From assembly GCA_023213395.1 (NCBI GenBank), contig CM041465.1, forward strand, positions 161,393,741 through 161,457,740: DNA of 64,000 bases, in the 5' to 3' direction. Positions 39,750 to 56,100 of the stretch are shown here, one piece after another. Position 1 is the stretch's first letter. Each line of letters opens with the position of its first letter. The position numbers were made by a program, and so were the translations under genes. The stretch is from Cycas panzhihuaensis. Its lineage: Eukaryota > Plantae > Cycadophyta. Under the pieces are notes generated by a model, which saw nothing but the letters and a program-made list of their open reading frames with translations, was not told where the DNA came from and ran no database searches.

Positions 39750-42185
39750 TATTTAATATCATGCTAGTGGCTAAGAAGAATAGGGCCATATATATTTATG
39801 TGGATTTCATAGATATAAATGACTCATAATCCAAGGATAATTTTTCCCTCCCTTTCATAGATTAAATTATTAATAAGACCACTAAATTTGAGGTCATATC
39901 TCTAATGGATGAGTTCACACGATATAACTAGATCCAAATCTTGCATGAGGACCACCATAAGGTAGTTTTTATAACACCTTGGGGAACATTCACCTATGTG
40001 GCAATGCCATTCAACTTTAAAAATGCTGGTATAATATATTAGTGGGCCATGCATTTTATTTTCCATAATGTTATTAATAAAATCCTTAAGATCTTCATGG
40101 ATGATCTTATAGGACTTTCATACAAAAGAGTTGATCACCCTACAAACTTAAGAAAAAAATTCCTAAGATGCAAGAAATTCTATGTTAGTCTTAACCCACA
40201 CAAATATGTCTTTGCTATTATAGCTGGTAAACTACTAGGCTTTTGTGTTTTATAGAAAAGGATCCAAGTTGATCCTAATAAAGTTAAGGCTATTATAGAA
40301 ATTCCCCCACCTGAAACTCAAAGATAAATTAAGTCATTTTTAGGTAGATTAGGTTTTCTAAGATGGTTCCTAGTAGATTTTACTCTAAACACTAAACCAC
40401 TAATAAACCTCCTTAAAAGGGCATTATATTTATTTAGTCCCTAGCAATCTAAGTGGCTTTATAAGAGCTTGAATAGGCTCTTAGTTTTTATCCAATCTTG
40501 GTGCCTCCCATGTTTAATTGACCATTCATCCTATGTATGTCATCAACAAATGAGTCAATTGGTGCCATGTTGGCCCAGGTAGATGACTCTAAGACTAAAA
40601 GGGTCATATACTTTATTAGTCAAACATTGGTCACTCCTAAGATTAATTATACCCCTACTAAGAAAGAGTACCTATCCATAGTGTTTGTTATTAAAAAACT
40701 AAGGTATTACCTCTTAGGCAACACTATTAAAGTCATTGTCCACTCTAACCCCCTTAGGTACCTTAAAACAATGTTTGATCTAATAGGTTGAACCAAAAAA
40801 TGGGTTGTTCTCATGCAAGAGTATGAACTTATAATTGTTAATATGAAATCCAAAAAGGGGATAGTAATTGTTAAGTAACTTGCTCATGCACCCCTCCCTA
40901 ACCCTTCTAACACTTTAGTGGATGACTCTTTACCCAATGAAACTATCTTTTTCCTAAAATAAATTGAGGATCAGAGGCCAATCAATGAAGGGTGGTATGG
41001 AAATATCATTTGCTATCTAACCCAATAAACCTATCCCCAAGATACTAGTAAAAAGGTTAAGTAATGTCTAAGGGCCATAACCCAATAAAAGTTCCTTATA
41101 TAAGATATATTATACAAGATATCATTTGAGGGGATCCACATCAAATGTAACAATCCTAGTGAAACCAATCAAGTCCTCCATGGATGCCATGATAACATAT
41201 ATGAAGGGTATTTTAGGAGATATTCCATGGCCCAATAAATCCTATACATGGGTTTTTATTATCCTATACTCTTTATAGATTCCCATGCCTATGTGCAATG
41301 GTGTTATAAGTTCAAAAGGCATTATAATGTCATCCACAAGCCTTTTAAAACCTTACATGCCATTATGTCACTATGGCCCTTTTCCTAATTGGGTCTTAAT
41401 CTTATCGTAGTTATCATATCCATGTTCTTAGCTGAGAGTAAGTTTATTCTAACTACTACTAAACATTTCACCAAGTGGATCAAGGCGGTCCTTCTCTCAT
41501 CAACAATGAGCAAAACAATCACCACATTCATCTTTCAGCATATCATTAATAGGCTTGGAGTCCCTAACTTTCTAATCACTGATAATAGGACTCTATTTTG
41601 TAACAAGAAGATGGATGAGCTTTGTGAGAAGTTTTGAATCTCTCACAAGACTTCTTCGCGCTACTATCCTCAAGTTAACAATTAAATTGAGGCCTTCAAT
41701 AAGACATTGGTAAATATTTTAAAGAAGACTATAGCTATATTTGGCTATGTGGGCCTACCAAACATCCATCCAAATAGCCATAGGTATGACACCCTCCTCC
41801 TTGGTCTATAGATTAAAGGTTGTTTTATTGCTTGAGGTAGAAATCTTATCTTTATGAGTTTCATTGAAAGGTTTTATTGATGAAGAATGGTATTATCATA
41901 CCTATCTACTCAATTTAGAAGCACTAGATGAAAGGAATCTTACCACTTACTAAGCTAATTTAGCATTAAAAGCTAAGGTACAAAATACCCATGATAAGTA
42001 CATGCAACCATGTTGATTTTTCCCAAGCGACAAGGTCCTAAAATTGGAATAATTACATGATCACCTTCTAAAGTTTAGTCCTAAATGGATCAACATATTT
42101 ATTTTATTGTAAAGTTTGGCTAATGATGCTTATTACATTATGACTCTTAAAGGCCTGGAGTTTGAGAAAGTTATCATCAAGTTGT
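39750..42185 (+). pseudogene. pol: RT-RH-INT of E3 (RT N-terminus at 33730-33897 and 34557-34718)
   Basis: KDNFSLPFID, FITPWGTF, IFMDDLIG, KKLRYYLL, WPFS*LGLNL, SSRYYPQ, FSPKWI. Confidence 0.9.
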
Positions 42186-42819
42186 GCTTATTCCCCACCT
42201 TATCCTTTGCCATTGGAAATATGTCACCCTTGGCAAGATCTCACCCCATGTGGGCATTATGCTTCTCTATGAATATAAATTGAGACTGCTTTATCACGAG
42301 TATAAACTATCACTTATGTATATTATCCAAAAAAGTCTTAAAAAAAAAAAGAAAAATCATAAAACTACTAAAACAACTAAAAATTATCCTTTTCATTTTA
42401 TGTGTACTTATATAAGCTTTATTTTATATTATTTACCTTTTGTCTATGATATGAAAGGAGAATAAACTATGTTTAATTTCTTATGGTTTCACACCCATAA
42501 GGCATGACTCCACCATGTGCCCATGATGGCATTGTTCACTCCATTATGAGCTCCTTTTCCCCCATGGGATCATAAGACTCCTCTATGAGTATAAGCTCTC
42601 AATCATAGGTCATATCATGCTAAACCTTGTGTGTCCTAATTCAATTATTAATTATGTTTTATGTGATGTATATGCCATGATGCCATCTATAGAGCAATAT
42701 CAATAAAGCAATGCATAAAAATAAATCATAACTCACCACACAAATAATATAATATGGCCACATGCATCCATATAAGAGGCCATAAATATAAATCAAATGG
42801 GGGGCAACTTAAATCAACT

Positions 42820-44770
<1,951 letters not shown>

Positions 44771-44789
44771 TATAGTTGTATACATATCA

Positions 44790-46630
44790 AATATGTTGAG
44801 GGAGCTAGCATCCTTATAGGGGCATACAACTGCCTAAAGGGCCCTAAGGTACACTCTCCCTAACCCTTGAAGGCCTAGCTTGCCTCTCCCAAAATCCCCC
44901 TCAAGTATGAGGCTATGTCATAGCACATCTTACTTCTCTTGTGTAGGTCCCCTCTCTAGTATCCTAGTGTTGCTCCTTAAGTTATGTTTGGGATGTCATG
45001 ATGGCCTTACCTTACTCCCCCTCATCCCTCGTTCATTATTATGGGATAGTCATAGGTGTTCTACTATAACTCTATCTTGATCTAATCATCACTTTATATA
45101 AGAGATGGTCATACCTAGCCTGCAGCTAGTCCCTCTCTCACTAAATCTCCTCCAAATGACCTTGTAGGTTAGTGATCTGTGCCTTTGCTCTAGGCAACAC
45201 CTCAAGTATACCCCTTCTATAACCCTCCAACTCTCTAATCTAGACATGTAGCTTATGCATCTCAACCATCCACATCTCTATTGTCCTCACTATGGGGGAA
45301 AATATGTTCGTATATGGATGTGTTGATGTTGGCTCCCTAATGTCAATAATAGAACATTCTTCCTCCCTATATACCATTAAGAGGGGCTCATTAGTCATAT
45401 GTCAAATAAACTCTAGGGTAACAACTACACCTACCAATGAAATAAGTATAATGATTAGTGACTTTAACATAATATAAAATAAATATCTAATGTTGATCTA
45501 AAGAAAACTAAATAAAATCAAAGATCAAATTAAACAAACTAATTAAATAGGTAGGTGAGATTCTATACCATCATGAGGGACCACCGCCTCTCCCTCTATA
45601 ACTACCTCATGAACCTCCTATCCCTTAGAAACCCTCTCCTACTCAACTTTAGTTATTTCCTTACCCCCTCCTACCTTCTCACCACCTGCTATCTACTCTA
45701 GATGTATATCCTTCTCTTCCTTCTCATTTGAACTCCATCGGTTACCCCCATATGGGTGCTTCATATAGTCATTCATTACTAGTAGTTCTAGGGACATAGT
45801 AAAACCTGAGTGAGGAACTTCCTTGGGCTCATATAAACTCCTAAATTATGTTGGATAGTGATATACTATAGGATCCCCATCCTCAATAGGATGTGGTCCT
45901 ATCCTCAATCCTATATTATGAAAGTGATTAAAATACCAACATTGGAATAGAGTGTAGTAAGAGAAACCTTCATGTCTAATTACTTGAATCTAATCCAATT
46001 GTGCCTATACATTGGCCAACATAATGGATACCTAGTCTAGTCTCTCCTCCCCCTCATGCTAGTGTACCACCTCTATCCATCCCCCAAGGACCTCTATATA
46101 GTTTTGTCTCTAAGATATCTAGAATAAAATTGCATATACACTTAATTTCCTCATGTTAGAAATCCTAAAAATCAACATGTATCAGACACTACCTCCTCTC
46201 CTATCCCACTGGCCTTTGTTGTAGAAAAAAATGACTGTCTACCCTATAAGCCTCATCTATATTAGTTAATGATAATAACTTTGGAGGATCTTCCCTTTAT
46301 GGGAGCCTTAATACCCATCTCATATCCCTCACTATGAAGGTGATGTCTCTAACAATTGATAGATGGAAAACTTGATGATGCAAATCTCAATGGGACACAA
46401 TATCAATTAAAAGATCTTGGTTAGAGATGTATTGTCATGACATGATGACTTGTAGTAGACCATATCACTTCAAAATACCTATGTCACACTCTATCATCAT
46501 CTAAGCCAAACTCAACATCAAAATTATAATGTTTTGTTATAACCAATCATAGTAATATATTTCCAAACACTAAGAAATAAGTTAAGATACAAGAAATAGG
46601 CCTAATCTAGTCATAAGTGTGATAGTCAAG
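44790..46630 (-). pseudogene. Antisense PMD + coiled-coil extra ORF of E3 (predicted intron 45431-45568)
   Basis: 46290-46420 minus reads DLLIDIVSH*DLHHQVFHLSIVRDITFIVRDMRWVLRLPIKG. 45100-45250 is homologous to E2 12115-12270 (gagagggac...tatgaccat). Confidence 0.7.
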
Positions 46631-49370
46631 GGATGTGAACCATTCAAGGGTCAATTATAAGTGAAATTTTACAAATTTCCCTTTCATGCTTTGTACCATA
46701 GAGAGTCCAACTTATATCATAAAGTTCTTTATGGTACCATTGTGTTTTTCTTGGTTCCATGAGAACCATAATAATACTATAAAGGTTTACAATTAGAATT
46801 TATAGTACCATAAAGATTCACGGTACATGAAAAAAATTTAAAAAAAAAAAAAAAAATATTAACAACTTTAAACTAAATCTAGTATGCATAAATAAATTAG
46901 GGCATCAACTTGCCCTAGTTTGGCCATAAATGGGACTTGATTTGGGCTCCATTTAACCTTGAAAATATAAAGTAGGGCACAACCCTAACAAAAATAAAAA
47001 TCTTATAAAAACTAAAAAATTAAATTCAAATCACAACTTTTACTCATTGAATCTAGTGTAATAACTACCATCACTAAGCTACAATCTTAGCAACTCCATC
47101 TACATAGGATTCTGGTAGTTAGTTTGCTTATAATCTCTCATAGAACGTTGATAAGTAAAATAGGGTTAGGTCTCTTAAGGAAATTCCTTAACTCATGAAG
47201 GTAAAAAAGAATAAAGACATATTAAAAAAACCTAATTTTATAAGGGTCATAACTTGATAAGTAGGTGTTTATTTTACCTCTCATCTATCTCATTAAGATC
47301 CCATTCAACTAGGCTCCATTTGTATACCCTCATCACTGTTGTTTATTTCATCCATTATTTTCGTTTCTAGCACAAAGTCTCACTTATGTTGTCATTAATG
47401 GACCTCTTTTATCTTGAGATGTTGCCCTTCTTTGCTTTGATTAGACTATCTCCATATATACTAGTGTTTATAGTCCACAGGACCATCACAAAATACTAGA
47501 CCTTGATTTCATGCCTATAATACTCCATTATGCATTATGTATTGCTTGAGCCCCTTTGTTTCATTTATATTTTATGATCTTTTTACATATTGAGGCAACC
47601 TTATCCCTTGCAAAACACTACCTATAGTTTATTTTCTTACCATTACAACCTCTATTTGACCATGACATTAGTTTATAGGTCCTTTCATTACCACCAGCAT
47701 CTCCCTTGATGAGTCTTAGGTAGTCCCATTACTCCCATGTCAACATTCTCTATGTAGTCATTTGGCTTATACATCACTTACTCTCATAGCTTCTTGTGCA
47801 CTCATCATCCTTTTAGACCCATCACTTTACCATGAGTCTAGATCACATCTCATTTAAACCTCATTGCAACAAACAGTCCTAACTTGTCATGGTTGTTAGC
47901 CTTAGGACCCCATTCCACTCGTGTTCCATGTGATGGAACTTAGAGTTTCTTACATGAATTTCCCTTGATAACCCCATAGTTTGGCTCTCTTCACCATCTC
48001 CTTAAGTCTTAGCTATGCCATTATTTTGTTAAAGTATAGCTAACTTAGTGAGTCTACCCAATCCCTTATAAGTTTAATTATCACCACACCTATTTCATGC
48101 CATCAGGGCTTTGCATACATAGGCTCCCCTAAAAAATAAAAAAAAATATTGTACATATGATGAGTAATTAGTAGAGCATATTTTCCACCATCTTCTTAGA
48201 ATCTGGGATAGGTTGCATATCAACCTCATTCCCACCTATGATATGTAGTTTGGGTCTAGTCATGTGGGTCATTTTAGGCCCTTTAAATCTAGTTGTTTAG
48301 GCCTACTGTTGTCTCAACCATGATTGAAACCTATTTGGTGTGGATACAGCCTATTATGTACTATGAAAATGGTTTTGACACTAACCTATAATAGTTTATG
48401 AGATCTGGATACCACTTATCATCTCAGTCAGTACCTACATACTAACTTAAGTCCTTATGGAATTAGTTGATTCCTACCATTTCCCCTTATATAGTGAGTT
48501 TACTCCAAGTTCACCATTGCATATCCTCATGGCATTGATCATTCACAATGATATAGGTAGTCATATAAATCTTGGCCCTTCTTTCATAACTTAAACCATT
48601 TGAGATCACTTAGGACACATCTTTATTTACTTTAGAGTCTATTTGCCTATAGTAACTAATAATATAACTAAATGCACTACCATTATAAAAGCCTTAACTA
48701 GTGCTCTTCATGTCCATCATGGGTCGATTATGTTATATTTTGACTCTTAGCTTATCATGTCCTAGCTTACATACGTCTACCAAGTGTATTAGCCATAGTT
48801 ATAAGCCCTTACTAACTAGGCTAAATCCCTCTTTGTCTGATTTTCTATAGTTACTAATCACCACATCCCATAAGGATAAAATACTAGGATAAATTATTTG
48901 GTTGCTTTCATTCTTAAGCATTATTTACCATAGATAGATGATTATGTTGTAGCCTAATAGGCCCTTTGTTGAAGCATTTGCTTAAGAGGAAAGCCCTCTT
49001 ATTGTCACTTATTAGGGGCATTCACTAAAGAGGTTAAACTATGGTAATAACCTTGGGCGTTCCTAGCCCACCTTGGAAGGTAGGCCAAGTTATTAGCATC
49101 TCACATACTCTGACAAAAGCCTAAATTATCACCTATACTCTAAAATGAGGGTAAACTACTATGTATATTTATATGAATCTATATATACATTTCAACTAGG
49201 TTGTAGCTTCTATGAGGATTGCCCTCTTGGCACCCATGACCCTATATTGTCTATTTTTTGTCATCTATATTTCCAATTTATCCATTTCCTTTTTTCATAA
49301 AATTACCCAAAATTCATAAAAATAATATAAAGCTGCCAAAATTCTAAGAAAATCATGAAACCACAAAAAT

Positions 49371-49374
<4 letters not shown>

Positions 49375-49451
<77 letters not shown>
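49375..49451. repeat. (AT)n microsatellite
   Basis: Directly visible. Confidence 0.97.
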
Positions 49452-49456
<5 letters not shown>

Positions 49457-50122
49457 ATTAAAAGTCCCAAAAATACTATAAAACAACAATATGTGTGTGT
49501 GTACACATCTGCATACACACACTTGTACATATATATAACTTTAAAAAATCATAAAAAAATAAAAAATAAAAAATAAAAGAAAAGAAAAACCTCTAAAACA
49601 AGTGCAAATAGCTCCTCCTATTAAAGATGACTACTAACAAGGTTAAACTATAGCATCCCACTTTAAGTTTTGAGTCTTTCTCTTGGGCATTCAGGGCACT
49701 ACTTTATCTGTCCAAGGTTTCATGGCTTTCAAGCCCAAGTCTTGGCCATTTTGCCTACCCTTTTTTAATATTAGAATAATCCCCCAACCACTTGGGATCA
49801 CTTTGAAAGTTAACCACTATGAGGATAAACTATAGTGGGATTGTTTATGCTTATCTTGGTTCATTATGATCATTGGCCTACCTGGTATGATTTGGTCACT
49901 AACCCATCATCCTCCCTAGCTATTACACCTCTAATGTAACTTGTCAATGAGGATAAACTAAGGGAAACACCCTTTGATTACCTACTAATGAGGAAAAACT
50001 ATGGAAAATCTAGCCCTTTTTAATATATGTGTGATCATGTCATTGGACTAACTTGATTTCTATTGACAACATTCACTATCTTCTAGCCACAGGCCAAAGA
50101 GGTTTTATTGTAAAGCAGGTAG

Positions 50123-53100
50123 TGTTTCTTGTAATCTAGGAATGACATAGACATCACAATAATAGGTAAGTAAGGATATATATATCTATCCTCCTATATT
50201 ATTCATTATTTATCATGCTATATTATTAGATTATGTATGTGTGCCTATTTGCTTGATTGTTGGCTTAGTGAGCCATGTTTCTTCTTCAATTTATGATGAG
50301 TTTAACCTTACTCAATGGCTATCAAGTCCACCCATTCATCTTGTTAAGATGGAAAAGGTTTTTCAGTACTCTTACAAAGTCTTATTGGTTTGTTTGCCTT
50401 GTCATTCATCTCAATATTTAATTGTTCCCCTTATTCTGACTTTATTTTTGCATTATTTTTCTTTATTTTCTTTCCTTTTAGTTTATTTCATGATTGTTTT
50501 TATATACCATACTAATTAAAATCTATCCACTATGATTTATAAGTAGTAGAATATTATTTTTACTAGAGAAAATTAGTACTGTAAAGTTCTTTATAGTACC
50601 ACAATATCATTCATGGTACTATGAAAAACTTTGTAGTATGATTATCACGAACCCAAAAATAGTCTCAAGGGTGACAAACAGCATATTTATTATACTTATA
50701 CATTTATGAGGTAGTGCTTGTCCTCCTATGTCAATTTTTCTTAGCCTAAGAGGCCTCATTATATCAAAATTCCTTACTTTCATATGGTTTTAGGATAAAT
50801 CCATTAGAAAAACCCATGGATTTAGATTTGTTATTTTCACCTATACTATAGGCTAGAAACCATCCATTTCATCCTAACCCTCATCTATTTAACCTTTTAT
50901 TTTTCCATTGGAAGGAGAGATTAAGTGCTTGCATGAAGATACTATCATTATATTACTAAAATTCTATTAAAATTTGGTTGTTTATCTTGATCTACCTACT
51001 TATATTTCATTCTAGCTTGGAGATTTTATACTTATTTATGTTTTAGAATCTTTTAGTCAAAGAATTTAGGTCATTGGTCTCACTTTCACCACTTGAAATG
51101 AAGTATTCCTCCCCTACACTCCATTGGTAAGCTAATCTTTTGGTGTGTTGGTTATTTTTTTTACTTTGGGTGAGTTAAATATTACTTCTCTCTAAAGAAT
51201 GTAATAGAGATGAGACTGGAGTAGTGAACACATAAATTCAAGCCATATTACAAATCATATTAATCCATAATAAAAGAGTACATCATTTCCATTGAATGTA
51301 GGTGATGTTAAAAAACAACAGGGATTTTGGCCCAAAAGTTTATATTTAGGAGGCAGGCAAGAGCCTACCTCAACCTTGAATTCAAAATAATATAAAAAAT
51401 AAATAATTTATAATAAAATAATATTACCTTGACCATTGTGATGGCATGCACACTCACAATGCAGTGTTAGGTGATGAACATTAACCTAACATTCTCTTCC
51501 TAAATGTTTATCACATATATCTTCAACTTTTCTTTGAATTTATGGTATTTATACTTTAGAAATTTTTTGAGAGAGAGATTGAACACATGTCCTTTAACTT
51601 TGTCACCATCCTTGAAATGATCATCAACCTGCATTAATATCCTTATGATGTAGTTTTCTTGATCTTCTACCTTATGAGAGTTAATTCAGTTAAAGGTACA
51701 CATAACCTCATCAAATGCAATAATGTGATTATTAATTTTATTAGAGTCTTCAATAGTACATACAATATTAGTCAATTTGATAAAGTTCACTTGCTCTAAC
51801 ATCTGTCTCATATGAAAAGAAACATTAATATAGATAGTTTCATTAATTCTAAAGTATCTCCCCTATAAATTAATTCCAAGGTATACCATGCAGTTTTAGA
51901 GTTGGTTCTTTCATTAGCACTAGTGAATATAGTGTCATCTATTGTATAGAAAATTAAGGTTAAAGCCTCATTATCCTTTTCCATATTTTCTTTAAATATT
52001 TGTTCTTCCTCTAATATATAATTAACACTTAAATTATGATAATCATTCAAAATTTTTCAAAGTAAAAACCTAGTGCCATCAAATATCAGAATTATTATGT
52101 CATCTAGATAAGTTACCATTATAAACATTGAGATCATATTAATCACAACATCTATTGAGAAAATAACCTACAATAAATCTCCTTTCACATGATCTTTTAA
52201 CAAGATTCCTTTTTAATTAAGGTAACTAAGCAATGAGATGAAAAGTATATCTCCTTAAAATAATGCAAGATAAATGTTCTCCTTTGAAATAAGATAAATA
52301 TATGGCAAATGATCCTTTCAAAATGATATATGTAGACCTTAAAAGATAAAGGCCTATGAAATGAGTAACATAATGCAATGTAATACAACTTATTTGAACT
52401 TTCAAGTGCAATGGAGATGGCCTTAACTTAACTTTGAAGATGCTTTACTAATGAGCCAACAATCAACTTGAAATATACATGAACTTTCAAATAGATACCT
52501 TCTCAATTAGTGAAAAAATAATTTGATAAGAAAAGGAAAGTATATCTTTTCAAATTAAATTCAATGAATGCTTTCTACAAAATAACTTTCACAAGGATTT
52601 AAATAAGTTTTAAAAAGAATGAAGTGCTTTGAATAATCTTTAACTAAATGCACCTTGAAATGCTTTTGAGAGCTGAAATGGAACAAAATAAGTCTTCTAT
52701 TTATTTCACTATATTAATAAAATCATTAAGAATAAATAAACAACAAATGTTCTTCTATATAAGCTCTTTTAAATCAAAGAAAAATGTAGGGTATGCTTAT
52801 AAAAGTGATCCTAAAATATACTCATTTGTTTTATTTCGAATGCACATTTTAAATGAATGCTTTAAAGAGGCAAAGATGACCTTAAATGAGTAGAAAATAT
52901 GCCTTAAATAAGCTCTAGAATTAAGTTTACAAGCTAAAAGATAAAGTGATAGGTTCATAATAAAGTTATAAGGAGTTTGAGTGCACCAATTTGAAGTTTT
53001 TGATCCCAAAAGGGTTCCTTCTCTTTAGGAGGCCAAAGTATGGTTAAATAGCTATAAAATTAAGTTGTGAGCCTCTAAAATAGTAAAAAATTATCAACAA

Positions 53101-56100
53101 CTAATTAGTAGCTCAATAATAAATAAGTATGTTTAGTTATAATGAAAAATAATTGCTTGAAATATTTAAAAGTAAGTTAAACAAGGGTCAAATAGAAGCC
53201 TTGATTTCACCAGTCTCAAAACCCTACAAAATAGTTTTAGATCTCATTAAAATTTACTTTAATACATAAATAATTGAAATAACTTTATAACAAATCTAGC
53301 CATTCAAAAAAGAAACTCCTAGATTAAAAGTTATAAAAAAAATAGCACAAGGACCTATTTATGGTAAACAAATTAGAAGGAGGGGGGGATAAGCCTCTTA
53401 GGCAAAAAACCCCTAGTCATATGGGGACCAACATAACCACATGCTAAGGTCCAAAGGGTGCTACAGACTTTAAAAACTTATAAAATATAATTAATCACTT
53501 AAAAAACCAAATTTATGAAAAATAGTTAATAAAAGATTGAAATCTTCCCTCTTAAAATGAAGAATAAGGTCATATGGAGGCTTCCATATGATCACACGCT
53601 AAGTATAAGGAGATACACAAAAGCCACATACACCTAGAATCGAAAATAATATTAAATTTAATATAAAGTTTTGGGGCAAAATATTATATGACAATAGAAT
53701 ATCCTGATTATTAATAGGTGACTTACAGAGAGCCAGAAATCCCTTTTAATAATTAATAATTGATCAAAAAATAATTGAATTGATCACCTCATAAGGGCAT
53801 GAAGATCACATAAAGCACAGATAGAAGCCCTTTTCACAATGTATTAATCCAAATCAAAATGTAAAATAGAAGATGAGAATATAGAGACAAGTGAATGCCT
53901 AAACTAATGGTGGTTCATAGATTGCATATTACTTTGAGATGTGGCTAGTGAAAGACTTAATTACAGATAGCTATTTGTAGGAGCATGAATGGAAAATATC
54001 ACAGTCCTAAAATGTAAGGTTGCTAATTGAATAAGAGACAATGTTAGGTAAAAGGGCCATGGAAAGATTTTGGTCTAAAAACTCCTTAAGCGGCACATAG
54101 TCCATCTACAACTAATGACAATGATGCCAATTCATCATATTCACAGTTAAAATAGTTGAGGAGTAGCTCTGAATTGATCACATAATATAGTATATATGGA
54201 TCTTTCAAAGGGCATTCTAAGCATTTTCTATTAGGATAACTCCTCATTGTGAAGAAATGAGATGATGGAGATGCCAAGTCTAAACAAGTGGAGCCAACGA
54301 GAATGAATCAAATGTGAACCCTCTAGAATGCAAAATCTTAGTTATAAGGAGATGTCATAGAATGTGAACATCAAAGGGCAATTACTAAAAGAATAAGAGG
54401 AATCAACGATAAAGCAAAGAGACCATAGACATGAATAAATGTCTGACTGGAATCCAACTTGGTGCCACTATTCACACAAAGAGCAAACACAATAGAAGCC
54501 CATAGACGAATCCCTTAATGAAGATAGAACATCAAGTTTTGCACTGAATAAGGAGATTAAGCCACACTGAGTTAACAATAAATTTGATAAAATTGCCCTA
54601 TGTGTAAAGGGAAAACATTAAAACGCCAATTAGTGGGCATAACAATAGTGAAAAGGGTAGTAATCTATTTCTTATTTTTTTAACTAAATAAAAATAGAAT
54701 GGAGGCTCAAAGTCTTCATAAATCTAATGTGAATATCAAAATGTAAGTCGAGAGGAGATGGTAATCAAATATACCAAATATACATCAATAGTTCTAATTT
54801 AATTTCCTTGCAGCAAAAAATAAATAAATATATAATTCTACAAAACCTGGCAATCTTCTGAGAGCAATATCTCCTTTCAGATGGGATAAATTTTCAAACT
54901 GATTTCTTTGCTTGGTAGATGAGGTTGCTGGGAATCCAACAAGTAGTCATATTCTAGAATTTCACTGATCATATGAGGAGACAAAGGCTACACAATCAAA
55001 TATCAATAACCTAGATGCTATGATACCATATGATGAATGTAACGAAGATGAGAGTGGAGTAGTAAACACATAAATTCAAACTATATTATAAATCATATTA
55101 ATCCATGTTGAAAGAGTACATCATTTCCATTGATTGTAGGTAGTGTTAAAAAACATTGGAGGTTTTAGCCCTAAAGTTTATATTCAAGAGGCGAGTGGGA
55201 GCCTGTCTCAACCTTAAATTCAAAATAATATAAAAAATAAACAACTTACAATAAAATAATATTACCTTGATGGCCATGGTGGCGTGCACACTCCTAATGT
55301 AGTGTTAGGTTATGAACATTAACCTAACACTCTTACTTCCTACTAACTTTATTTTTGTTTTCCTCCTTAATTATTTTATTATCCATAGGTCAAATTGGCT
55401 TTGAAGGAAGAAATTACAACCAAGTACTACTTGGCTTGCCTTAGTATTTAGGAGGTATAAGAGTTATTTTTTAGGATCATATATATTTTCTCACCATGCT
55501 ATCAGTTTATGTGCTTTTATTTGTCATTTTTTAATATTCTAAGCATATATTTTTATAGATGTGTTTTCTTTTTGGTGTATGTTTTCCATTTATATTATAG
55601 ATGTAGCATATTGGTAGCATTGCAAGTTTTATAGTGCTTTGGAGCAGCTTCAAACTCTTCCTTCCATTCTCACCTTTTTATTTCTTTGCCTTCATGAGAT
55701 AAAGTGATTGTTGCATAGTTAGTATGCTAATAGATTTTCACCATAAAGCCAAGTAAAGTTAGATAAGCTTCACTTTTAAGTGAATTCAAACTTTTCACCA
55801 TCTTTTAGTATCAACTTGTATACCCTTTTTGTCATACCATGATCCAACAAGTATAAATGCTATTAGATTTTTCTTAGAAATTTAGTGTGCATATTACATG
55901 CTTGTTTAACTACATTTAAGTGATCTTCAATGGATTAGAGAGGAAAGGGATCACAAATAGTATAACTTGAGAGCCTAAGTGCCCTTATAGTTACCGTATT
56001 CACCCTCACTTCCAAATAAACTCTCATTTTTGCTTTCAAAAAAAAAAGAAGAAAGAAAGAAGAGAAAAAAACAAAAGACAAAAAGACAAAAAAAGGGTAG

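Noticed and set aside
49980-50005. Possible hammerhead ribozyme core (ctaatgag...aaac as decayed CTGATGAG...GAAAC)
   Set aside because: There is no room for stem II between the two motifs and no flanking stems are evident.
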